In this document: in pieces, positions 55,867 through 64,000 of the stretch
Layout of the letters: each line of letters opens with the position of its first letter
How positions within the stretch are numbered: position 1 is the stretch's first letter
DNA from: Gammaproteobacteria bacterium
GTDB lineage: Bacteria > Pseudomonadota > Gammaproteobacteria > JBCCGL01
Reading direction: 5' to 3'
Length of the DNA: 64,000 nucleotides
Assembly: GCA_965277715.1 (NCBI GenBank)
Contig: OZ255836.1
Coordinates: 1,472,001-1,536,000, forward strand
Notes under the pieces: generated by a model
The model's input: only the letters and a program-made list of their open reading frames with translations
What the model was told of the DNA's origin: nothing
Database searches by the model: none
Translations under genes and position numbers: made by a program

Positions 55867-56479
55867 TGCCTTGAATCCTCTCGATTGTGTGTAGGTCGTT
55901 TTTGATAAGCGACAGGGTTTGTTGGTGGTCGATAGCGGTACAAAATTCCCGGTTTAAACTGGCGATAGCCATCGCATGTACTTGCTCCGGTTCATAATCG
56001 GTGCCGTCGATACCAACCCGGTTGGTGGTGGCACAGGCATCGTGTACCAAATAAGTATCGTAACCCAGGTTGCCCGCCATGCGCGTCGTGGTTTCGACAC
56101 AGAAATTGGTAAAAAACCCCACAACCACCAACCGTGAGATACCTAAGCGTCGCAACTCAATCTCCAGGTTGGTGCCAATAAATCCACTGTTGACATCTTT
56201 GCGGATAAGCACTTCGCCTTCGAGGGGTTCAAAGCCGGGTTTTATCGCACCGCTGGGCAGTGACCATTTGAGTGGCGAGGCCGCTTCACGCGAGTCGTGC
56301 TGGGTAAAAAATACCGGCAGGGAATGTGTACGCCAGGCACTGAGCAAGGCGTGTATATGGGATTCTGCCTCAGGGTTGTTGCGCCGCCCCGTTGGCCCAC
56401 CCCAGTGTTCGAGCGCATCGACGCCGACCTGCACATCAATCAACAGGAGGGCTGTGTTATTTGTAAATTGCTTGATCAT
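55859..56479 (-). CDS. Isochorismatase-family cysteine hydrolase
   Basis: LLIDVQ (Asp), RKDVNSGF (Lys), TNFCVETT (Cys). Confidence 0.9.
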   Translation of the reverse strand: MIKQFTNNTALLLIDVQVGVDALEHWGGPTGRRNNPEAESHIHALLSAWRTHSLPVFFTQHDSREAASPLKWSLPSGAIKPGFEPLEGEVLIRKDVNSGFIGTNLEIELRRLGISRLVVVGFFTNFCVETTTRMAGNLGYDTYLVHDACATTNRVGIDGTDYEPEQVHAMAIASLNREFCTAIDHQQTLSLIKNDLHTIERIQGNE

Positions 56480-56480
56480 T

Positions 56481-58118
56481 TTATAGGTACTTCGCAGGTG
56501 GGTTTGAATTCAGTCGTTGATTGGGAATCAGCTCCGCCTCATCGAGTTGAAGTAAAGACGGTTTGCCACGCTTAACAGCATCCATTAATCGCCGTTCAAT
56601 ATCATCCAATGTGGTCAGTTTTTCAGCGTGAATGCCATAGGCACTGGCGAGTGCAATAAAGTCCGGGGTAAATAAATCCACGCCCTCAGGGGCGATATTT
56701 TTTTCCCGCATAAAGGCTTTAATTTCACCGTAACCATTATTATTCCAGACTAATAAAATAACCGGCGTTTGTGCATCAATGGCTGAGGCCAGTTCGGCTA
56801 TTGAGAATTGCAGCCCACCATCCCCCACCAGGCACAACACAGGCCGATCACGCGCAGCAATTTTTGCACCGATAGCCGCCGGTAAGGCATACCCCAGTGT
56901 GCCAAAACCGGTGGCGGAGTTAAACCAGCTACAGGGGGTTTGCGCGGCGAAATACAGGGCGCCAGCATAGGCTTGCTGGCTGGAGTCACCGACCAATAAG
57001 GCATCGGGTAGGGTATCGCGGATTTTATTTAATAAGCCAGTATGCTGGCGCATGGATTCGGGCAATTCATCCATCGCCGCTGTGCGTGCCGCTGCGGCGC
57101 GGGTTGCCCCACAGGCTTTTGGTTTGACCGCCACGGCGTCGGCGAGAACGCGGCAGGTTTCGTCAGCATCACCCACCAGGGCGATATCAGCGAGCCAGTT
57201 GCGGTAGAGTTGTTGCGGATCTATATCGACGCGGATCAATGTGCCCGGTATCGTAAATTCACCGCTCTCGTAAAAATCGTAATCCGTTCGCCCTATTTCA
57301 GTACCAAATGCGACAACGACCTCGGCACCTTCAATTAGGTGGCGCACGGCATTTAGCGTCGGGCTGGCGGGAACTAATAAGGGGTGTTCGGGTGGGAGTA
57401 TGCCGCGTGCATTGACGGTGGGTATTACCGGTGCATCGAGTTTTTCTGCGAGTAAACGCAGCGCGTCTGCGCTGCGCTTTGCACCGCCACCGACGCACAG
57501 TACAACACGACTGGCGGCATTCAGTGCCGTTACCGCTGTTTCAATTTGGTGTTTATTTGGCCGTGGTGGCACAGCTTTACCTGCACGCTTTGCCGGGGGC
57601 ATATGTGCTGCTGAGCGCACCATTACATCCAGCGGAATTTCAATATGTACCGGGCGTGGCCTGGCCCCATCAAAGACAGCATAGGCGCGTGCCAAAATAC
57701 TGGGTAGGTCATCGACCCGCAGCAGGGTATGACTAAACGCGCTGATTTGCGACATCAGTGCGCTTTGATTCGGCAGTTCGTGTAAATAGCCAGCCCCCTG
57801 CCCCAGGTTGTCCAGGGCGTTGACCGCCGAGATAACCAGCATCGGGATCGAGTCGGCGTAAGCTTGCGCCATCGCCGTGGCAATATTGGTCAACCCAGGG
57901 CCGGTGATAATAAAACACACACCTGGCTTGCCGCTCACCCGTGCGTAGCCATCAGCCATAAACCCCGCACCCTGTTCGTGGCGCGGTGTGTAATGGCGGA
58001 TTGACGACTGTTCTAACCCCCGGTAAAGCGCAACGGTGTGCACACCAGGGATGCCAAATACCTGTTCAACTTCGTATTGTTCAAGTAGCTCAAGCAGATA
58101 TTCGCCAGTTGTTTTCAT
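56481..58118 (-). CDS. aruI: 5-guanidino-2-oxopentanoate decarboxylase (ThDP-dependent)
   Basis: FGIPGVHT, RHEQGAGFMADGYAR, GYLHELPNQ, TGFGTLGY, GDGG; adjacent to an aruH-like gene. Confidence 0.85.
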   Translation of the reverse strand: MKTTGEYLLELLEQYEVEQVFGIPGVHTVALYRGLEQSSIRHYTPRHEQGAGFMADGYARVSGKPGVCFIITGPGLTNIATAMAQAYADSIPMLVISAVNALDNLGQGAGYLHELPNQSALMSQISAFSHTLLRVDDLPSILARAYAVFDGARPRPVHIEIPLDVMVRSAAHMPPAKRAGKAVPPRPNKHQIETAVTALNAASRVVLCVGGGAKRSADALRLLAEKLDAPVIPTVNARGILPPEHPLLVPASPTLNAVRHLIEGAEVVVAFGTEIGRTDYDFYESGEFTIPGTLIRVDIDPQQLYRNWLADIALVGDADETCRVLADAVAVKPKACGATRAAAARTAAMDELPESMRQHTGLLNKIRDTLPDALLVGDSSQQAYAGALYFAAQTPCSWFNSATGFGTLGYALPAAIGAKIAARDRPVLCLVGDGGLQFSIAELASAIDAQTPVILLVWNNNGYGEIKAFMREKNIAPEGVDLFTPDFIALASAYGIHAEKLTTLDDIERRLMDAVKRGKPSLLQLDEAELIPNQRLNSNPPAKYL

Positions 58119-58168
58119 ACGGTTTCCTGTGGTGCCCAATAGTTCGGTTACGCGTTCGGTTTAACTGC

Positions 58169-59347
58169 TTACGCCGGAGCAAAGCGCTGCATAAACCGCT
58201 CAATGCGCACACAGGCTTCACGCAATTGTGCGTCTGATAAGGTGAAGGAAATGCGTATAAACCCCTCTGCACAGGCGCCAAAGGTGGTTGCATCCAGCGT
58301 TGCCACACCCGTTTCACGGTATAACACATTGGCAAATTCACCCGCGCTTAGCCCCGTTTTGCGCACATCGACCATCAGGTACATAGCCGCTTGTGGCACA
58401 AGGCAGTCGAGTAGCGCTATCTCATTCAGCGCAGTGACGAGTAAATCGCGTCGACGGCGGTAGATGGCGCACATGTCGGCCGCTTCGTGCTTTGCCTGGC
58501 GCAGTGCATACAAACCCGCTGTCTGGATAAACCCCGGCAAGCCGTAAAGCATACACAGCGCCACATTGTACAAGTGTTCAATCAGTGTCTCGGGGCCAAT
58601 GGCCCAGCCGATCCGCCAGCCGGTCATGGCATGTGATTTCGACAGGCTGTTGATAGTAACGGTGCGTTCAGTCATACCGGGTAGGCTGGCGATGCAGTGG
58701 TGCTCGGCTTCAAAGGTAATATCACAGTACACCTCATCGGCGACCACCCATAAATCGTGTTCAATCGCCAGCGCAGCGATAGCTTGCAACTCTTCGTGAC
58801 GCATCATCACGCCGGTTGGGTTATTCGGTGTGGCGAAATAAATGGCACGGGTACGGGGGGTAATCGCTGCAGCCAGTGCCTGGGCATTGAGCCGGAAGCC
58901 ATTGTGTTGATCCAGCGATACCGGCACCAATGTGGCCCCTGTCATCTGAATACAGGCTTCATAGGTGATATACATCGGTTGCAGGACGATAATCTCATCA
59001 CCGTGATCGGCGATGCACAACGACGTGGCGAACAGGCTGTTTTGTGCCCCCGCCAACACGATCACATTATCGCGGTGAGTGACCTGCCCGCAGCGCTGTT
59101 GGTGGTCTGCGGCGATGGCATCGCGCAGCGCATCGCGGCCACGCACTTCTGAATAGTGGGTGTCTCCACCGCGCAGGGCATCAACCGCCGCCTCGCTAAT
59201 ATCGGCGGGAGTGGCAAAATCTGGATCGCCTACGCTCAGCAAAATAACATCCTCACCCCGGTTCAGATCCTGGTGCGCCCGATAGTGCAATTCCCATGCG
59301 TCAACCGTCTCACCCTGAATACGTTGAGTTAATGCGGAGTAGTTCAT
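58169..59347 (-). CDS. aruH: Arginine:pyruvate transaminase-like class I aminotransferase
   Basis: MNYSALTQRIQGE..AWELHY, LLSVGDPDFATP, SLSKSHAMTGWR, CMLYGLPGFIQ. Confidence 0.82.
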   Translation of the reverse strand: MNYSALTQRIQGETVDAWELHYRAHQDLNRGEDVILLSVGDPDFATPADISEAAVDALRGGDTHYSEVRGRDALRDAIAADHQQRCGQVTHRDNVIVLAGAQNSLFATSLCIADHGDEIIVLQPMYITYEACIQMTGATLVPVSLDQHNGFRLNAQALAAAITPRTRAIYFATPNNPTGVMMRHEELQAIAALAIEHDLWVVADEVYCDITFEAEHHCIASLPGMTERTVTINSLSKSHAMTGWRIGWAIGPETLIEHLYNVALCMLYGLPGFIQTAGLYALRQAKHEAADMCAIYRRRRDLLVTALNEIALLDCLVPQAAMYLMVDVRKTGLSAGEFANVLYRETGVATLDATTFGACAEGFIRISFTLSDAQLREACVRIERFMQRFAPA

Positions 59348-59654
59348 GGTGTTTGCGTGGCTCGACTCAATGGGGTGTAGGTAGGGATTGCAGGTAAAGA
59401 GCATTGTTAAGGCGACTTCACTGGTGAAGGCAATTCTAAAGTGTAACGCCCGACACATCCAGCCATCGGCGCATACAATTCACATGGTAATTTATGTGGA
59501 AATTTATGCGGCATATGCCTCACTCCAACTGACACATTGGCTAAGCAAACCAAACGATCTCAGAGGCCTAAGAAAGGGCTCAGGGCAGGTATTTTTACAC
59601 GTACTTATGCTAAAGTAATGGGTATTACCCATCTGGCAGGCACAGGTTATCACC

Positions 59655-60623
59655 ATGAAATTTCTCGATGTTCGCACGGATTTCGCTTTTAAAAAAGTCT
59701 TCGGCAGTGAAGACTCAAAGCCGCGTTTGATTTCATTGTTAAACGCTATTGTCGATTTTGAGCACGCCATTACAGATGTCGATATTGTCGATCCCTACAA
59801 TATTCCGCAGCTCAAAGGCATGAAGGATACGTTTGTTGATGTGAAGGCGGTGCTGGACGATAAGACCACCGCTATTATCGAAATGCAGGTGCTCAATCAT
59901 CCCGGTTTTGAAAACCGCGTGTTATACAACGCCGCGAAAAACTACTCGACACAACTGGTCAAAGGCCAGCGTTACGACCTGCTAAAGCCTGTGATCGCCA
60001 TCACCTTTGTCAACTTCCCTATGTTTGAAGATAACCGCGAAGTCATTAATTATTTCAAAATGATTAACAAAAAAGACTTTAGCGATTACCACGATGATAT
60101 TGAGTTAATTTTTATAGAATTACCCAAATTCACCAAAACCCTTGAACAATGTGATGACATAAGCGATCACTGGTTTTTCTTTTTAAAAAATGCCGGTGAC
60201 TTAAGCATCATGCCTGAAAACCTCCCTCCACCGTTACAAACGGCATACGCGGTAAGCAACGAAGCGGGGATGAGCAAAGAAGAGTTGGAATTACAATACA
60301 ATAAACAACAATATATAGCTATTCAAATGGGTGCTTTAACTCTGGCTGAAGAAAAAGGAATGAAAAAAGGCATAGAAAAAGGGATAGAAAAAGGGATAGA
60401 AAAAGGGATAGAAAAAGGCATAGAAAAAGGCATAGAAAAAGGGATAGAAAAAGGCATAGAAAAAGGCATAGAAAAAGGGATCGAAAAAGGCATAGAAAAG
60501 GGGTTAGAAAAGGGCGCTCAACAAAAAGGTATAGACATCGCTAAAAAAATGCAATCTGAAGGTTTAAATGCGACGTTAATCAAAAAAATGACGGGGATTG
60601 ATATTGAGGAGAAAAGTAATTAA
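59655..60623 (+). CDS. Rpn-family / PD-(D/E)XK putative nuclease
   Basis: DFAFKKVFG, VDVKA, IIEMQ, FIELPKF, KGIE repeats, IAKKM C-terminal helix. Confidence 0.9.
   Translation: MKFLDVRTDFAFKKVFGSEDSKPRLISLLNAIVDFEHAITDVDIVDPYNIPQLKGMKDTFVDVKAVLDDKTTAIIEMQVLNHPGFENRVLYNAAKNYSTQLVKGQRYDLLKPVIAITFVNFPMFEDNREVINYFKMINKKDFSDYHDDIELIFIELPKFTKTLEQCDDISDHWFFFLKNAGDLSIMPENLPPPLQTAYAVSNEAGMSKEELELQYNKQQYIAIQMGALTLAEEKGMKKGIEKGIEKGIEKGIEKGIEKGIEKGIEKGIEKGIEKGIEKGIEKGLEKGAQQKGIDIAKKMQSEGLNATLIKKMTGIDIEEKSN
60366..60509 (+). repeat. 12-bp coding tandem repeat (11x KGIE plus KGLE)
   Basis: Twelve units of approximately AAAGGSATAGAA. Confidence 0.95.
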
Positions 60624-60735
60624 CCGGGCAAGAGGGAGTACAATTTAGCGACAATACAAATCGTGCAACACTTCAACAACACGCTCCACATCGGTACTGC
60701 CTATACTGTAATAAATCAGCTTTCCTTCGCGGCGT

Positions 60736-61017
60736 GTGTTCACCAACGCATCGTTGCGCAAGGAATTCCACTTGTGGGGGTTTGAAGACGTCGCTGAAAT
60801 GGGCCGCTATATGGGAGGTGGTGCGTTGATGGGCATAGGCGGAGTACTTGCCGGGGGGTGTACATTCGGCCAGGGTATTACCGGGGTTTCAACGTTGGGG
60901 CTTGTGTCTTTTCTTACCTCGATCAGTATTGTTGTCGGGGCCTTGCTTGGTATTCGTTATTTGGAATACGGTTCCTTGGTCGGGGCGTTAAAAAGCGTCT
61001 GGTTTAATCTAACTTAA
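60736..61017 (+). pseudogene. C-terminal fragment of a YeeE/YedE sulfur transporter
   Basis: LMGIGGVLAGGCTFGQGITG motif; N-terminal part absent. Confidence 0.8.
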
Positions 61018-61384
61018 CCCGCCTTTGCCTGCTGTTCAAAAAAAGACGCACCGGTTGGTACTTCTGGGAATGTCATCGAGTAATCGCTACAACGCACTCG
61101 ATTTGTGCATTCTCCACGAACTATCTCGTACATGTATTGACTGGGAATGTGGTTAGCCTGTAATGGATAGGCATCCTCCGCCATATATTCACAGATAAAC
61201 AATGTGCGCGGTTTATCGGAAAGATTAGGGGCCGAGCCGTGCAACAAACGGGCGTGCATCAAACAGGCCGAACCCGCCGGGCCATAGCAGGAAACGGCCT
61301 GTATTTTCATTTCAGTCGCAATAGCATCAGACACTGCACCGATAAATACGCCATCCTGCCAATGCTCGTAGAGCGGGCCTTTAT
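61014..61384 (-). pseudogene. C-terminal part of a PhyH-family Fe/2OG dioxygenase interrupted by a prophage
   Basis: KGPLYEHWQDGVFIGAV...GPAGSACLMHARLLHGSAPN..PRTL; frame is lost at 61385. Confidence 0.85.
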
Positions 61385-61612
61385 TGTAGGGTGATGTTTA
61401 AAACAAGATAAATGAGAAACACCAAAAAACGCCCAAAACGCGCATTTTTAAACGCTTTTGGGGGAATTGAGTGAAAAACGAATTAACGTTTGAAATAAGA
61501 CAAAATGAATACAAAAACCGAAATTTTCCGGTAAAAAACCCTCAATATACTGGTAATAATAGTTCGTTAAATGGCCATTAAATGATTATTGATAACCTTC
61601 CCGGTTAGACCG

Positions 61613-62113
61613 TTATTTGAATTCGTAACGAATAAATGGCTGATCGCGCTTTATGTAAAGTGGATGCCGGGGTGCTCCGTGCTTTGTCAGGCCTAGACAC
61701 CACGCCGTCGCGTTCGCTTCGTGAATCATGTGAGCGATCTGGTTTACTCTGTCTAGTTTTGCGTCAGCGCCCCATGCGCAGATTACATTCTCGCGCGAAT
61801 CAAGCGCGCCCTTGATGTAATCGTCATTAAGCGGGCCTACTGGGTCCTTGTGCAACCATAAGTTCTTAGGTTCTTTCGATCTCAGTGCATAAAGGTTGAC
61901 GACTTCCAAGCCATCGCAATTCGATCTGGCGGCGAAATCGCGACAACGACGCATCGTTTGATCGTCTATCAGCGCATCAGCAGTGGATGGATTTAGCATA
62001 ATAAACAACATCTGTCTGTTGGCAGGGTGATGTATCTGTGATGGTCTCGTTAGCGAGTATCTGTATTCACCACACTGGCTTATCTTACATGTATTACCAA
62101 ATTGTTCAGTCAT
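61613..62113 (-). CDS. DUF1643 family protein
   Basis: YRYSLTR, MLNPSTADA..DD.T, VNLYALR, CAWG, GAPRHPLY. Likely start MTEQ at 62113. Confidence 0.9.
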   Translation of the reverse strand: MTEQFGNTCKISQCGEYRYSLTRPSQIHHPANRQMLFIMLNPSTADALIDDQTMRRCRDFAARSNCDGLEVVNLYALRSKEPKNLWLHKDPVGPLNDDYIKGALDSRENVICAWGADAKLDRVNQIAHMIHEANATAWCLGLTKHGAPRHPLYIKRDQPFIRYEFK

Positions 62114-62238
62114 AACTATGGTCTCTTGTGTTATCGTTCTAATCATGTAGCGCTCGACGACCGGAAAATCGCCGTCCCGGCCTTGCGACTTTGCCTTGAG
62201 CATTGCGCTGTATGATGACGCAGGCGTCCATCCGTGTG

Positions 62239-63450
62239 CTACAGCTTGCCCTTTATTAGCTCGTATTGGTTGCGGTCTTTAAAGTTTTCAGCCCGCCCAA
62301 TGCCTGCTGAACGGATGCTGTTTGATACTTCCCCTTTTGAATTAAAATTTATGGATACGGCAATCTTTCCTGTTTTGCCTTTGTTTTTGTCACCATCGAA
62401 TAAGTAGATTAACGCTTTGTGTCTAATGTCCCAGATTACAGTTGCAGTTTGGAGCGACACGGGAATGTTTAATAGTTGTTCTCGCGAAAGCGCTATATCG
62501 TTGCGCTTTTTGAGACCACGAACCATCCTGCGCAACCGTGCGTCTTTGAGCGTTATAGTCGCCGTGTTTACGCCTATGCCTTTTTCCGCCGCGAATTTCA
62601 CGACCTCGTGCGACAGATAGCCAACAGTGCGGATCTCGCCGCGCGAGTTATTATCATCGAGCACGTTTGCCGCCCAAGATTTATACGGCTTGGCTATGAG
62701 TTTCGTTAACAGCTCTGTGTTGTTTAGAACGCGCTCTTGCAGCGCCTCGGGCAGTGCTATTGCGCGCTTACCGAATGCGAGATCAGGCCCGAGCCATGAC
62801 TTACCCACGTTGTAATCCCATCCGGTATCAATGCCTTCGGGGACATCGCCTAGAACTTCGCCAGTCTGTAGATCAATGCGGGGGGTCGGATTTAGCGGCG
62901 GGGCCTCTTCTATTTGCAAACCTGCTTTGTCAATATCGCGTTGTGACAGTGAACGCACTGTGCAGCGACAACCCCATCCATTAAGGGGGTAATGTGTGTC
63001 CCACCAGGGGTGATCTATCGGGAATACGCGCTCATGCCATTGCCGATGTGCGTCTCTGGTACGTGCGTCATCGACTGATAAATATTGTAAGTACGGGCGG
63101 GAATTCTTTAAACGTTGAAACTGCTGCCACTTGCCCGCAGCCCTTGCTGTGCGCATGTTTGTGTCGTAAATCACACGTGTGCGCCAGCCGCGTTTGCCTT
63201 TATATGACCATCCGTGTTTATCGACGATTTCGTCAAAATCTTTGCGGAAGTCTTCGATTGTGAGACCTTCGTCAATCATTCGATTGATCGATTTGTGAAA
63301 GTCCCCAACGATTGCTTGCTTGGTTGCCCCGGCCACAGTGAAAGCCTTGGCGTGGGCTTCGCCGCGCATGTCCGAATGTGAGGCTGTTGGTATATCGATC
63401 TTTGCGGTAAGGTGGTCGATTGCTTCTTTGAATCTAACGTTGGGCGTCAT
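62239..63450 (-). CDS. Phage head morphogenesis protein MuF (Mu gpF / SPP1 gp7) with C-terminal extension
   Basis: AFTVAGA, WRTRVIYDTNMRTA, RTRDAHRQWH, PLNGWGCRC, GIDTGWDYNVG. Likely start MTPNV at 63450. Confidence 0.92.
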   Translation of the reverse strand: MTPNVRFKEAIDHLTAKIDIPTASHSDMRGEAHAKAFTVAGATKQAIVGDFHKSINRMIDEGLTIEDFRKDFDEIVDKHGWSYKGKRGWRTRVIYDTNMRTARAAGKWQQFQRLKNSRPYLQYLSVDDARTRDAHRQWHERVFPIDHPWWDTHYPLNGWGCRCTVRSLSQRDIDKAGLQIEEAPPLNPTPRIDLQTGEVLGDVPEGIDTGWDYNVGKSWLGPDLAFGKRAIALPEALQERVLNNTELLTKLIAKPYKSWAANVLDDNNSRGEIRTVGYLSHEVVKFAAEKGIGVNTATITLKDARLRRMVRGLKKRNDIALSREQLLNIPVSLQTATVIWDIRHKALIYLFDGDKNKGKTGKIAVSINFNSKGEVSNSIRSAGIGRAENFKDRNQYELIKGKL

Positions 63451-63451
63451 A

Positions 63452-64000
63452 TCAATGTTTAATCGATTCGATATATGCGTCGATTGAATGACCACGTGCC
63501 GGGCCACTCAACCTTGAGCGTTTTTTACATGGCCGACCAAATGGGGGAAACCAGTTAATCCAGTCCCCATCATTTATGTAGCTTGTAGCGTCTATCCCCT
63601 CAACCGATAACGGTGACTTGAACGTATAAAGTGAATTTGGCTCTGCAAATCCGACGACCTCACTCACTGTATAACCACGCCGAGACATGATAAGCGCTAA
63701 CTGTGTTGCCAACGCCGCGCCGCGTGAGTGTCCTGTCAATACATAATTTTTATCCTTATCCAGCAAGTGCTGAAATTCACGGAACCAGACTAATGCGGCA
63801 TAGTGGAAGCCGCTGTGTCGCCATCGTCTATTGATCAATCGGGGGATGATCAGAATGTTTGATAACCAATCCAGCCACTCTGGTTCACTTCCCCGCAGCG
63901 CAATAATTGTGTGATCCTCATTGTACGAGCGCATGATTACCTCGACATCATCCACTGAGTGTACACACTTGCATGCGTACACCAGCTTACACAGCGCCAT
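63452..64000 (-). CDS. Class 3 lipase-like alpha/beta hydrolase (start may lie beyond the window)
   Basis: IALRGSE, DWLSN, HSGF, TGHSRGAALA nucleophile, NDGDWI, C-terminal HSIDAY. Confidence 0.85.
   Translation of the reverse strand: MALCKLVYACKCVHSVDDVEVIMRSYNEDHTIIALRGSEPEWLDWLSNILIIPRLINRRWRHSGFHYAALVWFREFQHLLDKDKNYVLTGHSRGAALATQLALIMSRRGYTVSEVVGFAEPNSLYTFKSPLSVEGIDATSYINDGDWINWFPPFGRPCKKRSRLSGPARGHSIDAYIESIKH

Larger units (their letters stand above)
61385..64000 (-). mobile_element. End of a transposable Mu-like prophage
   Basis: TG terminus exactly at the phyH break, two imperfect 17-bp direct repeats (61396, 61488), then phage genes including muF. Confidence 0.72.

Noticed and set aside
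59348-59654. Guanidine riboswitch or ArgR box upstream of aruH
   Set aside because: No recognisable riboswitch motif; only weak operator-like matches and a short CATAAATT direct repeat.

Overview
Chromosomal segment of a gammaproteobacterium; marine or host-associated origin is an inference from gene content. Housekeeping genes (secA, msrB, prfC, rimI, pssA, ilvIHC, moxR-bat, acpH, moeB, gatCAB) are interrupted by three clusters of nested, decayed IS elements (about 5.3-7.3, 29.5-35.5 and 44.0-46.8 kb). Accessory modules are a Dpp/Opp-type ABC importer with an EutA-like isomerase, a type I secretion system without adjacent cargo, an orphan toxin-tip/immunity-like pair and an Rpn nuclease. Three items stand out. 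(1) A tightly coupled operon aruH-aruI-isochorismatase-like hydrolase-amidinotransferase/DDAH-like enzyme looks like a variant route for (methyl)arginine or guanidino-compound catabolism. (2) The end of a transposable Mu-like prophage (TG end at 61385) splits a PhyH dioxygenase gene and carries an unusual terminal module: class-3 lipase, MuF with C-terminal extension, structured spacer, DUF1643. (3) A degenerate family-4 UDG with a DNA Pol III psi-like N-terminus sits in the holD position. All calls come from reading motifs by eye; no database searches were run. No rRNA, tRNA or CRISPR array was recognised.
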